Positions 36,131 to 54,308 of a DNA stretch of 64,000 nucleotides are shown here, piece after piece. The translations under genes and the position numbers were made by a program. This DNA comes from the human T2T-CHM13v2.0 reference genome, Homo sapiens. The notes beneath the pieces were generated by a model, which ran no database searches, had not been told where the DNA came from, and saw only the letters and a list, made by a program, of their open reading frames with translations. The stretch lies in assembly GCF_009914755.1 (NCBI RefSeq), contig NC_060931.1, one strand, 5' to 3'. Each line of letters opens with the position of its first letter. Position 1 is the stretch's first letter.

Positions 36131-37220
36131 TTTTCATTGATTCTATGCTAGTCTTTTTTATGCTGAAAACTTCCTAAAACAAAGAGTGTGTGTATTTACT
36201 AATCTCTGTATTGACAGAAGCCCCATGAAAACTCAATAAATATTTGTTGAAAGAGTAAAGCTATCAATTAATTTTAATTTTAATTTTAAATGTTTTGCAC
36301 AACAAGAATACCATTGTAAAGAAATCTGATGATTCAGCTAGGAATATGCTCCACTGAAAGAAACAGAAAACCTAACAAAAGTGGCTTACACAATATGGAT
36401 GTTGTTTATTATATCATTCAACAAGAAAATGAAAGGTAAGTATCTGTTGGCATTGGTTCAGCAGCAGAAGGATGGTAGGCCAGATATATCCGCTATTTTT
36501 ATGACCTTTCCCTTATGGTCACAAGATGACTGCTACAGCTCTGGGCATGACATCCTAGTGTAATAAAAGCAGGAAGAAACAGAGAAGGGGCAGCTAAGTC
36601 TGTCCTTTTGTGAGAAAGGCAGATACTTTACTAGATGTAACCAAAACTGACTTCAACTTAGTTTTCATTGGCAAAAACTAGCTGGTATGGCTATCTCAGG
36701 GAGCAATTAAGTGTGGAGGCAAAACACATGACCGTTGAAATTAATTTCAACTTATCACCTGAGACCGGTCTCACTGCTGCTTCACTGTGGTACTCTTATC
36801 AAGATAGACATGCTAGCAGATGTAAGTGCCTGCCACATGTGATTCACAATTTTGCCTACTGCTTTCTTAATTTCATCCTTAGAGAATACAATTAGAAATA
36901 AGCTGCTACAACTGCTAACCAAAGATCTCCTCCAATGTTTTATTAATTTTACACATGAACTAGGAGATATTCCATTAAAGCCTTTGTTAGGAAATCTGTT
37001 TAAACAACAGAATAAAAGGGATGACTTTGAGATAGAATTTTAGTGACATCTCCAGTTTCTGGTTACATGATATTGGTTAAGCTTCTGAAAAATCAAGTAA
37101 ATCCACAAACTTTCCTGATATGAATCTAATCTCATTAATTTTCCTTTTCATTTAATCAACAAATATCAGCCAGTCTGTAAAAGCCCACTGAAAGGTCTCT
37201 TAATTTAGTAGTAGTCTTAC

Positions 37221-37314
37221 CTTAGGTATGTTCCATATATGAAGAACAATCCCATCATTAGTCCATTTAAAATAAAGATTACACCAACATAAAAGCAAGC
37301 AGGATCTCGCAATC
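37221..37314 (-). pseudogene. DPY19L2P2: DPY19L2-like exon 6 (94 nt)
   Basis: caaag|GA TTG CGA GAT CCT GCT TGC...TAC CTA AG|gtaaga; LRDPACFYVGVIFILNGLMMGLFFIYGTYL. Confidence 0.92.
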
Positions 37315-38129
37315 CTTTGAAAAAATACAGATAATCAGTGTTTAATGAATATATGACTCCAAAGCAAGTGGGCATAATTATCTCAGTGCTTTGCAATCAA
37401 GAGCTCATGAATTTGCTGAAAGCATTTGCTTTCCAGATTGCTGCTGTATTTAATTCTTTACCCTTATAAGAGTTTGTGTGTGTGTGTGCTTGCAGACACA
37501 TATATATGTGTGTGTGTATATATATACACATACACATATGTAAGCTCACCCTTAATGAGCGATTAGTTACACTTATACTTTATACTTTTTATAATTGCAT
37601 TTATACTTTCCTCTAATGAATTACTATTATACTGTAATGATTTGTTGGGGATTCACATTTATTTAGGTGATGCTGCTGGTGTTCAGTGTCTGGAACTGTC
37701 TGTAGAACCACTTAATGAATATAAAAGAAAATCCATTACATTATTTTTATCTTTTGCTACGTTCTAGGAAGAGTTAAGATATGGTTTTGACCTTAGGGTA
37801 CAGCTTTAGTCTATATGAAATGATCCAGTCATTTGATCCATTATTATGTATAGCTAGGATCTTAGTATATTCCATATAGAAGATCGTGTGTGTGTGTGTG
37901 TGGCAATATGTACTTAACAATCATCCCACATTTTTCTCAGAACAAGTTTATGATATTAGCTGGTATAAAAATACTTTTCTTATGGTTGAGAAAACAGAAC
38001 ATAAGATACTCAACTTGTCAAAGGTTATTTCACTTTAACTGGCTGGAGCCAAGGTCTGAAAGCTGGCCTTCTGATTCCCCCTGCCTCTCTGATCGCTCCT
38101 TTCAGTCAGTTCTAGTAACTCCTCTTGTT

Positions 38130-39050
38130 TTATGTACCACTCTTTAATATTGGACCACCTTAGGCTCTGTCATATGCCCCCTTCATTTCTCCATCTGCAC
38201 ATCCTCCATAAGCAAATTCTTCCACATCCATGGCTCCAATGATCTATATACAGATGACTCCAACTCTACATTTAATCCAGAACTTTCTCCTTATTCTTAT
38301 ACCCAGATAGCCACTTGATGTCCCCACTCTGAGGTCTCTCAAGTACCTCAAATTCATGCATACACAATGAAACATAACAATACAAACCTGCTGCTGTTCA
38401 AATGTTTCCTATTACTCAAAGGAGCTCAGTTACTTAAGCTAGAAACCAAACTGTGTTTCACATGATTCTTCACTCACCTTCCCCTCTCTTACCAAACAAT
38501 TACCAAGTCTTGTCCATTCTGCTTCCAAAATCTCTCTCACACCCAGGCATTTCCACATTATCTTTCCTGCAATCACTTGCTGAGAATATAATTGTCTCCT
38601 ACCTGGCCTCCCTTAACCTACTTTTGTTCCTTTACTAATATTTTTTCCATACCATTGACTAAATAATGTTTTAAAATGGAACTCTGTTAAAATTCTTCAA
38701 TGGATAAAGTATAAAATCCTACACCAGTGCACCCCTTTCATGATCTCATCCTTGCTTATATTCCCAGCACCATTTCACATCATTTTTCTTCTCCATCGCT
38801 TCTAGGATTTCTAGCCTTCTTTCAGTTCTCTCTTGCTTCAGGATATTTGAATATATTATTCCCTATTCTTAAAATACTTATCCTCTCTTACTCCTAGTGT
38901 CGGTAACCTTATTTTCTTATTTGTAATATCCATCACAGTTGTAACTGCTAACAGCCCCCTTACAGCATAAACTCTATGAGGGTAAGGCCCCACATCTAGC
39001 TGGTTCATCTCTGTGTCCCAAGTGCCAAACACTAACCTATCACTTATTGG
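38130..39050 (+). mobile_element. L2 remnant
   Basis: ATCCATGGCTCCAATGATCTATATACAGATGACTCC and related L2 3' motifs. Confidence 0.6.
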
Positions 39051-40042
39051 GAATGTAACTAATACCATAATTAGGTGATCATTTTCACCACTCAGACAGG
39101 GTCACACCTTCTAGCTGATTGAATCATTGCAAAGTCTTTCATTTTATGAGGCATTTTCTCCAATCCTTTACATTGTACACAAAAAAGTATAATTGCCCCT
39201 CAAACATCCTCATCAATTCTATTTTTACTGAGGGAATCAGTAAAAAATGTAAGGAAAATAGATTTAGTTTATATCCCAAGAGTTGAATGTTGTTACAAAC
39301 AAGTCTAAAAATTTATTCATAAAATATAGTAAGTCATGTTGTTAAGAATTTGAAGAAATAAAGAAAAAACAACAGTGTTAGTGTTATGAAAATAGATACA
39401 AGTGGCTCTGAACGAGAGTCTCAAGGGACAGCACCATACTTGAATTGTAAAAGTGCTGAAATGCAAACATCTTAAATGGAAGTGACCACTATGTATCCTG
39501 GAAAGCTGTTAGATGATTCCAAAAGCGGTTCTTTGACAAAGAAACCAATGTAGAAGATAAATAGGAAGAGTTTTATTAATACTACTCATGGACTATGAGC
39601 ATATATAAAAATGTAATATTTCTAAATCAATCTATTATGGCATATCCAATTTTTAAATATGTATGCATAATTAAATTTATACATTAGCTATTACAAATAG
39701 CTATTTGACTATTTAATGTATCCTCAAAATTTATATATTGAAGCTACCCCAAAAAACATCTTTCTGTATCTTCTCATTCTGAAATAGAAGACTAACTTAT
39801 AGTCAAGGTTGCCTTACAATGGGATATGTTAATACTCAAATTCCAAAATTTATACTCAAATTTTTAAGTACACAGCCTTCTCAGAAAACTACTTCAAAAT
39901 GTAAAATACTCATTGAGGTGAGTCAGTTCTAATGTTTTTTAAATCAACAACAGAATTTTACAATAATTCTTAAAAGTGAATCATAATATTATTAAATGTT
40001 TATGAATGTTTACAAATGACAGCATTTTTGGAGGAAACATGC

Positions 40043-40163
40043 CTTCACAGCTTTGAACTTCATTAAGAGGTTCTATTCTGGTGACATTCCAGCAGGTCTT
40101 AGTTTCTAGTCCAAATAAATTCACTATTCCCATGAATGTGCGATACCAGGAGGCTATGATTAC
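40043..40163 (-). pseudogene. DPY19L2P2: DPY19L2-like exon 5 (121 nt, GC donor)
   Basis: taag|GTA ATC ATA GCC...TGT GAA G|gcatgt; [40 protein letters not shown]. Confidence 0.92.
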
Positions 40164-40235
40164 CTTAAAAAAGATAAAAACAAAGAGATAATTGAGGTAA
40201 ATACATTCTCTTCATAATAATAATAATAATAATAA

Positions 40236-40365
40236 TATATACCATGGAATACTATGCAGCCATAAAAAAGGATGAGTTCATGTCCTTTGTAGGGACATGG
40301 ATGAAGCTGGAAACCATCATTCTCGGCAAACTATCGCAAGGACAAAAAACCAAACACCGCATGTT
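40236..40365 (+). mobile_element. Short internal fragment of a young L1PA (end of ORF2), no 3' UTR or A-tail
   Basis: ACCATGGAATACTATGCAGCCATAAAAAAGGATGAGTTCATGTCC...CAAACACCGCATGTT, preceded by (TAA)n. Confidence 0.85.
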
Positions 40366-40631
40366 TTGATATTAAAAAGCTTTATAGATTCAATGCTCTA
40401 CCAGTCAAAATTCCAACATATTTTTTGTTGACTTTGATGAGCTGATTTAAAAGTTATTCAGAAATGCAAAGGGCCAAATACAGTCAAGGTATTCTTGAAA
40501 AAGGAGGATTTGCACTATCAATTGTTGCTGTATTATAAAGCTAATGTAAAAAGACACTATGATATTGGCACAGCAATAGACAAATAGATAACTGCAATAG
40601 AGTAGAGACCAGAAGCAGAAATGTACATTTA
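40366..40631 (-). repeat. Inverted duplication, copy B (probable inserted copy)
   Basis: Reverse complement of 35432-35696; ORFs 35283..35615(+) and 40447..40650(-) share the same spurious peptide. Confidence 0.92.
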
Positions 40632-40740
40632 GAAATGTACCATAACTCATATGGTTATGAGTTCCGTGGGCTCTCTTTGTGCCTCATTTTCTCAGATTTG
40701 GAGTTAAAGAGGCTGGCAATCCAGAAATGCCAATGGGCAC

Positions 40741-41126
40741 TGCTATAGTTTGAATGTGTCCCATCCAAAATTCAGGTATTGAAACTTAATGGCCAATGTG
40801 ATAGTATTAAGAGATGGGACCTGCAAGAGGTGATTAGGCCATGAAGACTCCCCCCTCATGAGTGAGATTAAAGCTGACTTACTCTCCTACTGTCTGCCAT
40901 GTGAGGACACAGTGTTCCTCTCCTTCAGGAAGATGCAACATCAAGGCACCATCTTGGAAGCGGAGAGCAGCCTTCACCAGACACCAAATCTGCTGGCGCC
41001 TTGATCTTGGTCTTCCTTGGACTCCAGAATTCTTAGATTCCAGAAATGTGACATATAAATTTCTATTCTTTATAAATTACCTAGTCTCAGATACTTTGTT
41101 CAAACAGCACAAAACAGACTAAGACA
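40741..41126 (+). mobile_element. MaLR solo LTR (MSTC/MSTD-like)
   Basis: TGCTATAGTTTGAATGTGTCCC...CAGCACAAAACAGACTAAGACA. Confidence 0.8.
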
Positions 41127-41234
41127 AATATACAAAAAGTACCCAAAAAGTCAAAAGTAAAAAAAAATGTGGCTCTACCCCTACCATATAAACAAAGGCC
41201 AAGTGGGGAAGCTAGACTTCCACCTTCCCTGGGC

Positions 41235-41478
41235 TTTTTTTTTTTGGGGGGGGGACAGAGTCTCGCTCTTTTCACTCAGGCTGGAGTGCAGTGGTGTGAT
41301 CTTGGCTCACTGCAACCTCTTCCTCCTGGGTTCAAGCCAATTCTCCTGCCTCAACCTCCCAAGTAGCTGGGATTACAAGTGCCCACCACCATGCGTGGCT
41401 AATTTTTGTATATTTAGTAGAGACAGGGTTTCACCATGTTGGCCAGGCTGGTCTCAAACTCCTGACCTCAGGTGATCC
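41235..41478 (-). mobile_element. AluS, 5'-truncated
   Basis: Antisense Alu ending at CCTGACCTCAGGTGATCC. Confidence 0.88.
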
Positions 41479-41809
41479 TGAAAGCAACAAGATGGTGCCT
41501 TCCCCCTTTTCCCCTTCCTTTGCTTGAGTGATACCAGAGGTATCTAGTTAAAATAGCAGGTTTAAACAAAATCCAGTCTCATAACATAATACTCAAAATG
41601 TCTAGGTTTCAAGTGAAAATCACTCATCAAGAACCAGAAACATCTCAAACTGAATGAGAAATAAATGGATTCCAATACTGAGATGAAAGAAATATTAGCA
41701 TTATCAAGGATTTTAAAGCAACAATCATAAATATACTCTAATGAGCATGCTTAAAACAAATGGAAAAATTGAAAAGTTTACCAGAGAAATAGATAGTCTC
41801 AGCAAAAAA

Positions 41810-44800
41810 ACAGAAATCAATACTAAGAACATCTCTCAAAACCACATAATTACATGGAATTTAAACAACCTGCTCCTGAATGACTTTTTGAGTCAACAAA
41901 GAAATTAAGGTAGAAATCAAGAAATTCTTTGAAACTAATGAAAATAAAGACACAACATACCAGGATCGCTGAACACAGCTAAAGCAGTGTTAAGAGGAAA
42001 ATTTACAGAGCTAAATGCCCACTTCAAAAAGTTAGAAAGATCTCAAATTAACAACCTAACATCACACCTAGAGGAACCAGAAAAATAAGAGCAAACCAAC
42101 CCAAAATCTAGCAGAAGACAAGAAATAACCAAATCAGAGATGAACTGAATGAAATTGAGACACAAAACACCATACAAAAGATCAACAAAACCACAAGTTG
42201 GTTCTTTGAAAGAACAAATAAATTTAATAGACCACTAGCTAGACTAATAAAGAAAAAGAGAGAGAAGACCCAAATAAACACAATCAGAAATGACAAAGGA
42301 GATATTACCATTGACCCTGTAGAAAAGCAAAAAACTCTGAGAGACTATTACGAACAACTCTATGGACACAAACTGGAAAACCTAGAAGAAATGGCTAAAT
42401 TCCTGGAAATATATAACCTCCGAAGATTTAACCAAGAAGAAATGAAAAATCTGAATAGACCAATAACAAGTTCCAAGACTGAATCACCAATAAAAAGCCT
42501 ACCAGCCAGAAAAAGCCCTGGAACAGGTGACTTCACAGCCAAATTCTACCAGACATATAAGGAGAGCGGATACCAATCATACTGAAACTATTCCAAAAAC
42601 TTGAGGGATTCCTCCCTTACTCATTCTATAAAGGCTAACATCATTCTGATGCCAAAATGTGGCAAAGCCACAATGTAAAAAAGAAAACTTCAAGCCAATA
42701 TCTCTGATGAACATAGATGCAAAATCCTCGACAAAATACTAGCATACTGAATCCATCAGCACATCAAAAAGCTAATCCACCACAATCAAGTAGGCTTTAT
42801 TCCTAGGATGCAAGGGTGGTTCAACACAGGCAAATCAATAAATATGATTGATCACATAAAAGAACTAAAAAAACCCCCACATGATTATCTAAATGGATGC
42901 AGAAAAGGCTTTTGATAAAATTCAACATCCTTTCATTTTAAAAGCCTTCAACAAAGTAGGCATTGAAGGAACATACCTCAAAATTATAAGAGCCATCTAT
43001 GAAAAACCCATAGCCAACACCATACTGAACAGGCAAAAGCTAGAAGCATTTGCCTTGAGAACTGGAACAACAAAAGGATGTTTACGCTCCCCATTCCTAT
43101 TCAACATAGTACCGGAGGTCCCAGCCAGAGCAATCAGGCAAAAGAAAGAAAGAAAATAAATCCATACAGGAAGACAGGAATTCACACTATCTTTTTTGTA
43201 AACAATATAATTTTATACCTAGAAAGCCCCATAGTCTCTGACTAAAAGCTCCTAGATATGTCTTTTTAAAACTTCAGCAAACTTTCCGGATGTAAAATCA
43301 ATGTACCAAAGTCAGTAGTATTTCTATGCACCAACAATGTCCAAGCTGGGAGCCAAATCAAGAATGCAATCTCATTCACAATAGCCACAAAAAAAGTAAT
43401 AAAAAACTTATAAAAGAATACCTAGGAATACAGCTAATTAGAGAGGAGAAAAATCTCTACAATGAGAATTACAAAACACTGCTGAAAGAAATCAGAGGCA
43501 ATAAAAACAAATGGAAAAACATTCTATGCTCATGAACAGGAAGATTCAATATTGTTAAAATCACCATATTACCAAAAGCAATTTACAGATTCAATGCTAT
43601 TCCTATCAAGCTACCAATGACATTTTTCACATAATTAGAAAAACTATTCTAAAACTTATATGGATATTCCTTCAACATAAATAAGGTTAAAGTAAATAAA
43701 TAAGTAAATAAAATAAAACACATATGAAACCAAAAAATAGTTCAAATAGCCAAAGCAATCCTAAGCAAAAAGGACAAAGCCAGAGGCATCATACTACCCA
43801 ACTTCAAGCTATATTTCAAGGCCACAATAACCAAAACAGCATGGTGCTAGCACAAAAACACACACATAGACCAATGGAACAGAATAGAGAGCCCAGAAAT
43901 AAAGTCACACACCTAGAACCATCTGATTTTCAACAAACCTGACAACACAAGTCAATAGGAAAAAGGACTTCTTATTCAATAAATGATGCTGGGATAACTG
44001 GTTAGCCATATGCAGAAGACTGAAACTTCACCTTTCTTTTCCCCATACACAAAAATCAACTCAAGATGAATTAAAGACTGAAATGTAAAACCTAAAACAA
44101 TGAAAACCCTAGAAGAAAACATAGAAAATACCATTCTGGACATAGACCCTGGCAAAAATTTCATGACGAAGATGCCAAAAGCAATTGCAACAAAACAAAG
44201 ATTGACAAATGCAACCTAATTAAATTAAAGAGCTTCTACATAGCAAAAGAAACTACCAAGAGAGTAAACAGACAACCTACAGAAAGGGAGAAAATATTTG
44301 CAAACTATTCATCTGACAAAGGTCTAATATCCAGAATCCATAAAGGAACAAATTGAAAGTAAAAAAACAACCCCATTAAAAAATGGGTACTCTGTGCCAC
44401 TCCCAGTCATAGCCTCCCATGCCTTGCTCAGCTCCAACATGGCAAAAATCTCCAGCCCTACAGAGACTGTGCGGTGCATTGAGTCCCTGATTGCTGTTTT
44501 CCAGAAGTATGCTGGAAAGGATGGTTACAACCGCAATCTCTCCAAGACGGAGTTCCTAAGCTTCATGAATACAGAGCTGGCTGCCTTTACAAAGAACCAG
44601 AAGGACCCCGGTGTCCTTGACCGCATGAAGAAACTGGCTGTCAGCAGCGATGGGTAGTTAGATTTCCCAAAATTTCTTAATCTGATTGGTGGCCTAGCTG
44701 TGGCTTGCCATGACTCCTTCCTCAAGGCTGTCCCCTCCCAGAAGTAGACCTGAGGACCCCTTGGGCCTGGCCTTCAAACCCACCCCCTTTCCTTCCAGCC

Positions 44801-45757
44801 TTTCTGTCATCATCTCCTCCTCACAGCCCACATGTCCCCTGAGCCCAGCATACCTACCACATCATGCAGGCCCCACCTGTGGATAGTAATAATACAATGT
44901 CACTTTTTTAAAACATGAAAAAAAAAGGGGGTGAAGGACATAAACACAAATTTCTCAAAATTAGATATTTATGTGGCCATCAATCATATGAAAAAGGGTT
45001 CAACATCACTAATCATTAGAGAAATGCAAATCAAAACCACACTAACCCAATCGGAATGGCTATTATTAAAAAGTCAAAAAATAACAGATGCTGGTGAGGT
45101 TGTGGAGAAAAGGGGATGCTTATACACTGCTGGTGGGAATGTAAACTAGTTCAAACACTGTGGAAAGCAGTTTGGAAATTTCTCAAAGAACTTAAAACTG
45201 AACTACCATTTGACCCAGCAACCCCATTACTAGGTATATACCCAAAGGAATATAAATTAGCCTACCATAAAGACACATGCACATGTATGTTCACTGCAGC
45301 ACTATCCACAATAGCGAAGACATGGAATCAACCTAAATGCCATCAATAGTGGAACAGATAAAGAAAATGTGGTGGTTCATATACCCCATGAATATTACAC
45401 AGCCATTATAAAGAACAAGATAATGTCCTTTGCAGCAACATGGAAGGAGTTAGAGGCCAGTATGCTAAGTGAATTAATGCAGGAACAGAAAACTAAATAC
45501 TGTGTGTTCTCACTTATAAGCGAAGCTAAACACTGAGTACACATGGACACAAAGAAGGGAACAATAGACACTGGGGCCTACTTGAGGGTGAAGGGTATGA
45601 GGAGGGTGAAGACTGAATAACTGCCTATTGAGTACTATGCTTATTACCTGGGTGCCAAAATACTCCATACACCAAACCCCCACTGCATGCAATTTACCTA
45701 TACAGCAAACCCACACATGTATCCCATGAACCTAAAATAGAAGTTGGAAGAAGAAAA
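41810..45757 (+). mobile_element. 5'-truncated older L1 (L1PA15/L1PA16-like), host of the S100A11 retrocopy
   Basis: Degenerate ORF2 fragments ([13 protein letters not shown]); 3' UTR ends AACCTAAAATAGAAGTTGGAAG; degenerate TSD AGTCTCAGCA/AGTGTCAGCA. Confidence 0.85.
44388..44926 (+). pseudogene. S100A11P1: Processed S100A11 pseudogene (probably S100A11P1)
   Basis: Intronless. ATG 44439 gives MAKISSPTETVRCIESLIAVFQKYAGKDG...; premature TAG 44655-44657; the parental frame continues LDFPKFLNLIGGLAVACHDSFLKAVPSQK to about 44753. 3' UTR and A-tail present; degenerate TSD AAAAAATGGG/AAAAAAGGGG. The family is secure; the P1 number is inferred from the host locus. Confidence 0.9.
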
Positions 45758-45759
45758 AG

Positions 45760-48170
45760 TGTCAGCAGAAAAATAGAACACATAAAGAAAAGTCAAAATT
45801 TTCATAACTCAAAAATAAAATAATCAAAATTAAAAACCTTAATGGATTGCACAAGAGGAGAATGGCAGAGATAGAAGAAAATAACCAGTAAACTAGAAGA
45901 CAGAACCATAGAAATTACTCAATCTGAGCAAAAGAGAAAAAACAGATGCTAACAGAATAAACAAACAAAACAGCCCTAGGGACCTGTGGAACTTTAACAA
46001 AGGATCCTACATTCATATCATTGGAGTCTTGGAAGGAGATGGGAAAGAGGCAGGGCTGAAAAAGAATTCAAGGAAATAATTACTGAGGCTGGTCCCGGTG
46101 GTTCATGCCTGTAATCCCAGCAGTTTGGGTGGCCAGGGCAGGCAGATTGCTTGAGCCCAGGAGTTTGAGACCAGCCTGAGCAACATAGTGAAACCCCATG
46201 TCTACAAAAAATTCAAAAAAATTAGCCAGGCATGGTGGTTGCCCATCTCAGGAGGCTGAGGTGGGCGGATCCCTTGATTCCAGGAGTCAGAGGTTGCAGT
46301 GAGCTGGAGTCAGAGGTTGCAGTGAGCTGAGATTTCACCACTGCACTCCAGCCTGGGCGACAGAGTGAGATTCTGTCTCAAAATAAATAAATACATACAT
46401 ACATACATAAAAAAGAAAGAAAAAGAAATAATGACTGGACTTCCCATATATGGCAAAAGATATAAACCTAAATATTCAAGGAGCTGAGCAAATCTCAAAC
46501 AGAAGAAATCTAAACAAATCCACACTAAAATACAACATACTTTAGAAAACATTTGAACTTTGAACATTATACTTTGATACACTTTTGAAGACTAAATTTT
46601 AAAAAATACTGAAACCAACAAGAGAGAAACAAAACCTTACTTAAAGGAGAAAAAGAATTCAACTAACAGCGGATTTCTCATTAGAAACTATGGAGGGCCA
46701 GAACAAAATGGCACAACACTTGCTGAATGCTGAAAGAAAAAAACTATCGACCCAGAATCCTATGTCCAGCAAAAATATCCTTCAGTAATGAAAAGAAACT
46801 GCATTCTCTAAGAAAAACTAAAAAAAATTAAAAAATTAAAAAATTAAAAAATTTAAAAATTAAAAAAAAAATGCAGCCAGCAGAACTTTTACAACAGACA
46901 TCTATTCTAAAAGTGTAGCTAAAGAAAATCCCCTAAACTGAAATGAAATGATAAAAGAAGGAATGTTGGAACATCAAAGAGGAAGAAATAAAAAACATGG
47001 ATAAAATAAAACAGGCTTTCACTTTCTTCCTGAGTTTATAAAATATGTGTAAAACTTGAGTTTAAAATAAGTTTGATGATTAAAACATACAGTAAAATGA
47101 CAGCAGCAACAGATTGTAATAAATTGTGGTAATACAATTGCTAGAACCACTAAAAAAAGCTTTGTAAAGTGATATATTTAAAAAATAGATAAATCAAAAT
47201 ATAATTCTAAACAATGTTCAAATAAAATGTTCTGCCACAAGAAGGTTAAAATAAAAGCAAACAGAAATTGAAAACCAAGAATAGAAACCACAAAATAAAA
47301 TCACAGACTTAAACTCTAACATATTAATAACTATATTAAATGTAAGTGGTCAATTGGTAAACATACCAATTAAGAGATACACTGACAAATTGGATTTAAA
47401 AATATTACCCAACCGTTTACAAGGAACTCGCTTCAAATATAATAATAAAGTCAGGCTGAAAGTGAAAGGATGGAAAATGATGAATTTATCATAGACACAG
47501 TAATGAAAAGAAAGCAGAAGTGACGATGCCATTATCAGAAAAAAGCACAAATTATCAGAGAAGGAAGAAAAAGTCATCGTTAAATTATTTTTTAAAAAAT
47601 TCAACAAGAAGACCCTGCAATCCTAAATGCATATGCGCCAAACATAGAGCTACAAAATATGTGAAGAAAAACAGACGTCAACGGAGAAATGTACAAATAC
47701 ATAATTTTACTAGGAGACTTCAGAATCCCTCTGTCAAAAAACTAGAATTAGTATTTTCAACTAATTCTTTTAGTTGATAGAAGAACTAGACAGAAATTCC
47801 CCCAAAATTGAGACAAACTCAACAACACTATGCAAAAGACCCTGTTTAAGAGAATGAAAAGGCAAGCTACAGACTGGGAAAATATATTTGCAAGCCATAT
47901 ATATGAAAAATAATTAGCATCTATAATATGTAAGGAACATCCTAAGGTCCAAAATTCATAAAACAAACAATTCAAATAGAAATGGAGCAAAATACATAAA
48001 GACACGTTTCACATATGGATGGCAAATAAGCACAAAAAGATGTACACCATCATTAGCCAATAGGGAAATGCAAATTAAAACCATAATGATATATCACTAC
48101 ATATGTGTAAGAATGAGTAAAATAAAAAATAGTGACAATACCAAATGCAGGTAAGGATACAGATAAACCT
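45760..48170 (+). mobile_element. Ancient L1M ORF1/ORF2 remnant (continues 41130-41810)
   Basis: GGGACCTGTGGAAC, ATTGGAGTCTTGGAAGGAG, CCCAGAATCCTATGTCCAGCAAAAATATCCTTC. Confidence 0.65.
46088..46425 (+). mobile_element. AluJ with internal 23-bp tandem duplication
   Basis: GCTTGAGCCCAGGAGTTTGAG; GGAGTCAGAGGTTGCAGTGAGCT twice at 46283-46328. Confidence 0.88.
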
Positions 48171-48499
48171 AATTTTGGTTGTGCTTAGGTTGTATCCATT
48201 GACTACTGAGTATGTAGCACAAGGAAATTTGCATAGCTTCATTCATTCAACAAATATGATATTGAATCAACTCCATATTCCAGGAAGTAGGCACCTGGGA
48301 TACAGCTAGGAAATACATAATGGGCATGGGAAAACAGTAGAAAACAAGGTCATTTGCTGAGAGTGAAAGGGGGACAGGAGGTTTGGGTTAACTGGAGAGA
48401 GAAGATATGAAACAGGCATCAAGGGGTTAGCAAAAGTAAGGCTCAAGGACTATATCTGGATCTGTGGCCTATTTTTGTACCAGTAATGTGAAAAGGACA

Positions 48500-53500
<5,001 letters not shown>

Positions 53501-54170
53501 AATAATAATTTTTAAAAGCTATAAAAATATGAATAAAGGACTAGAAAGCAGTAACTTTTCATTAATATGCTGGATTCTGAGACAACTTTAAACTCAACAG
53601 TAGTATTTACCATGGTGTCAAATTAAGCATTTATCTTGAGTTCACAAACTGAGTTCACTAATTTTGTCTCCGTTTTTCAAATTTCTAGCATTTATAGACT
53701 ACTATAACAACCATACTCTTTTAGGCTAAGTGTTGGAAAATAGTAATAGATTTCTGGCTGTGTGACTAAATAAATCTTACTTTACTAACATAACTCCAAG
53801 ATCACTATTCAAGCTCATCACTCCACTGTCCCTTCACGTGGTCATCGTGCTCACCCACGAGGTGTCCAAGGCCAAAAGCCCATCCCTATTTAGAACTTTT
53901 TGGCTCCCATGACCCTCTTTTCCATTTGGCTTGTCTATTACCCTGGCCATTATTTACACACTAAGGTTCATTCTTCGAGTTCATGAGAGAACTGTTTCTG
54001 GGGTCTTTAAATTTTAAGAGGAACTTATGATATTCTACTCAACTATAAGGATACATACAATTAATAAACCTGAAACGTCCCCTCCCTTTCTTAACAAGAT
54101 TGTGCTTACTATTTTTATCTGACAAAGAGGATCACTCTACAAATATTATTTGTCTCAAATTATGACTCAC

Positions 54171-54308
54171 CTCTGGATAAATATGGAAGCGTTTTACTGC
54201 ATTAATTACAAGAGGATATTCAGTAAGCCTGTCATTCATAATCATCCACAGTCCTCCCAAAAATGAAGGTGCTTCAATAATGGTCTTGAAGTAAGAATAA
54301 TAAAGTCC
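54171..54308 (-). pseudogene. DPY19L2P2: DPY19L2-like exon 4 (138 nt)
   Basis: ag|GGA CTT TAT TAT...CCA GAG|gtgagt; [46 protein letters not shown]. Confidence 0.93.

Noticed and set aside
44394-44657. Functional S100A11 gene
   Set aside because: Intronless, A-tailed and TSD-flanked, with a premature stop and a broken second EF-hand.
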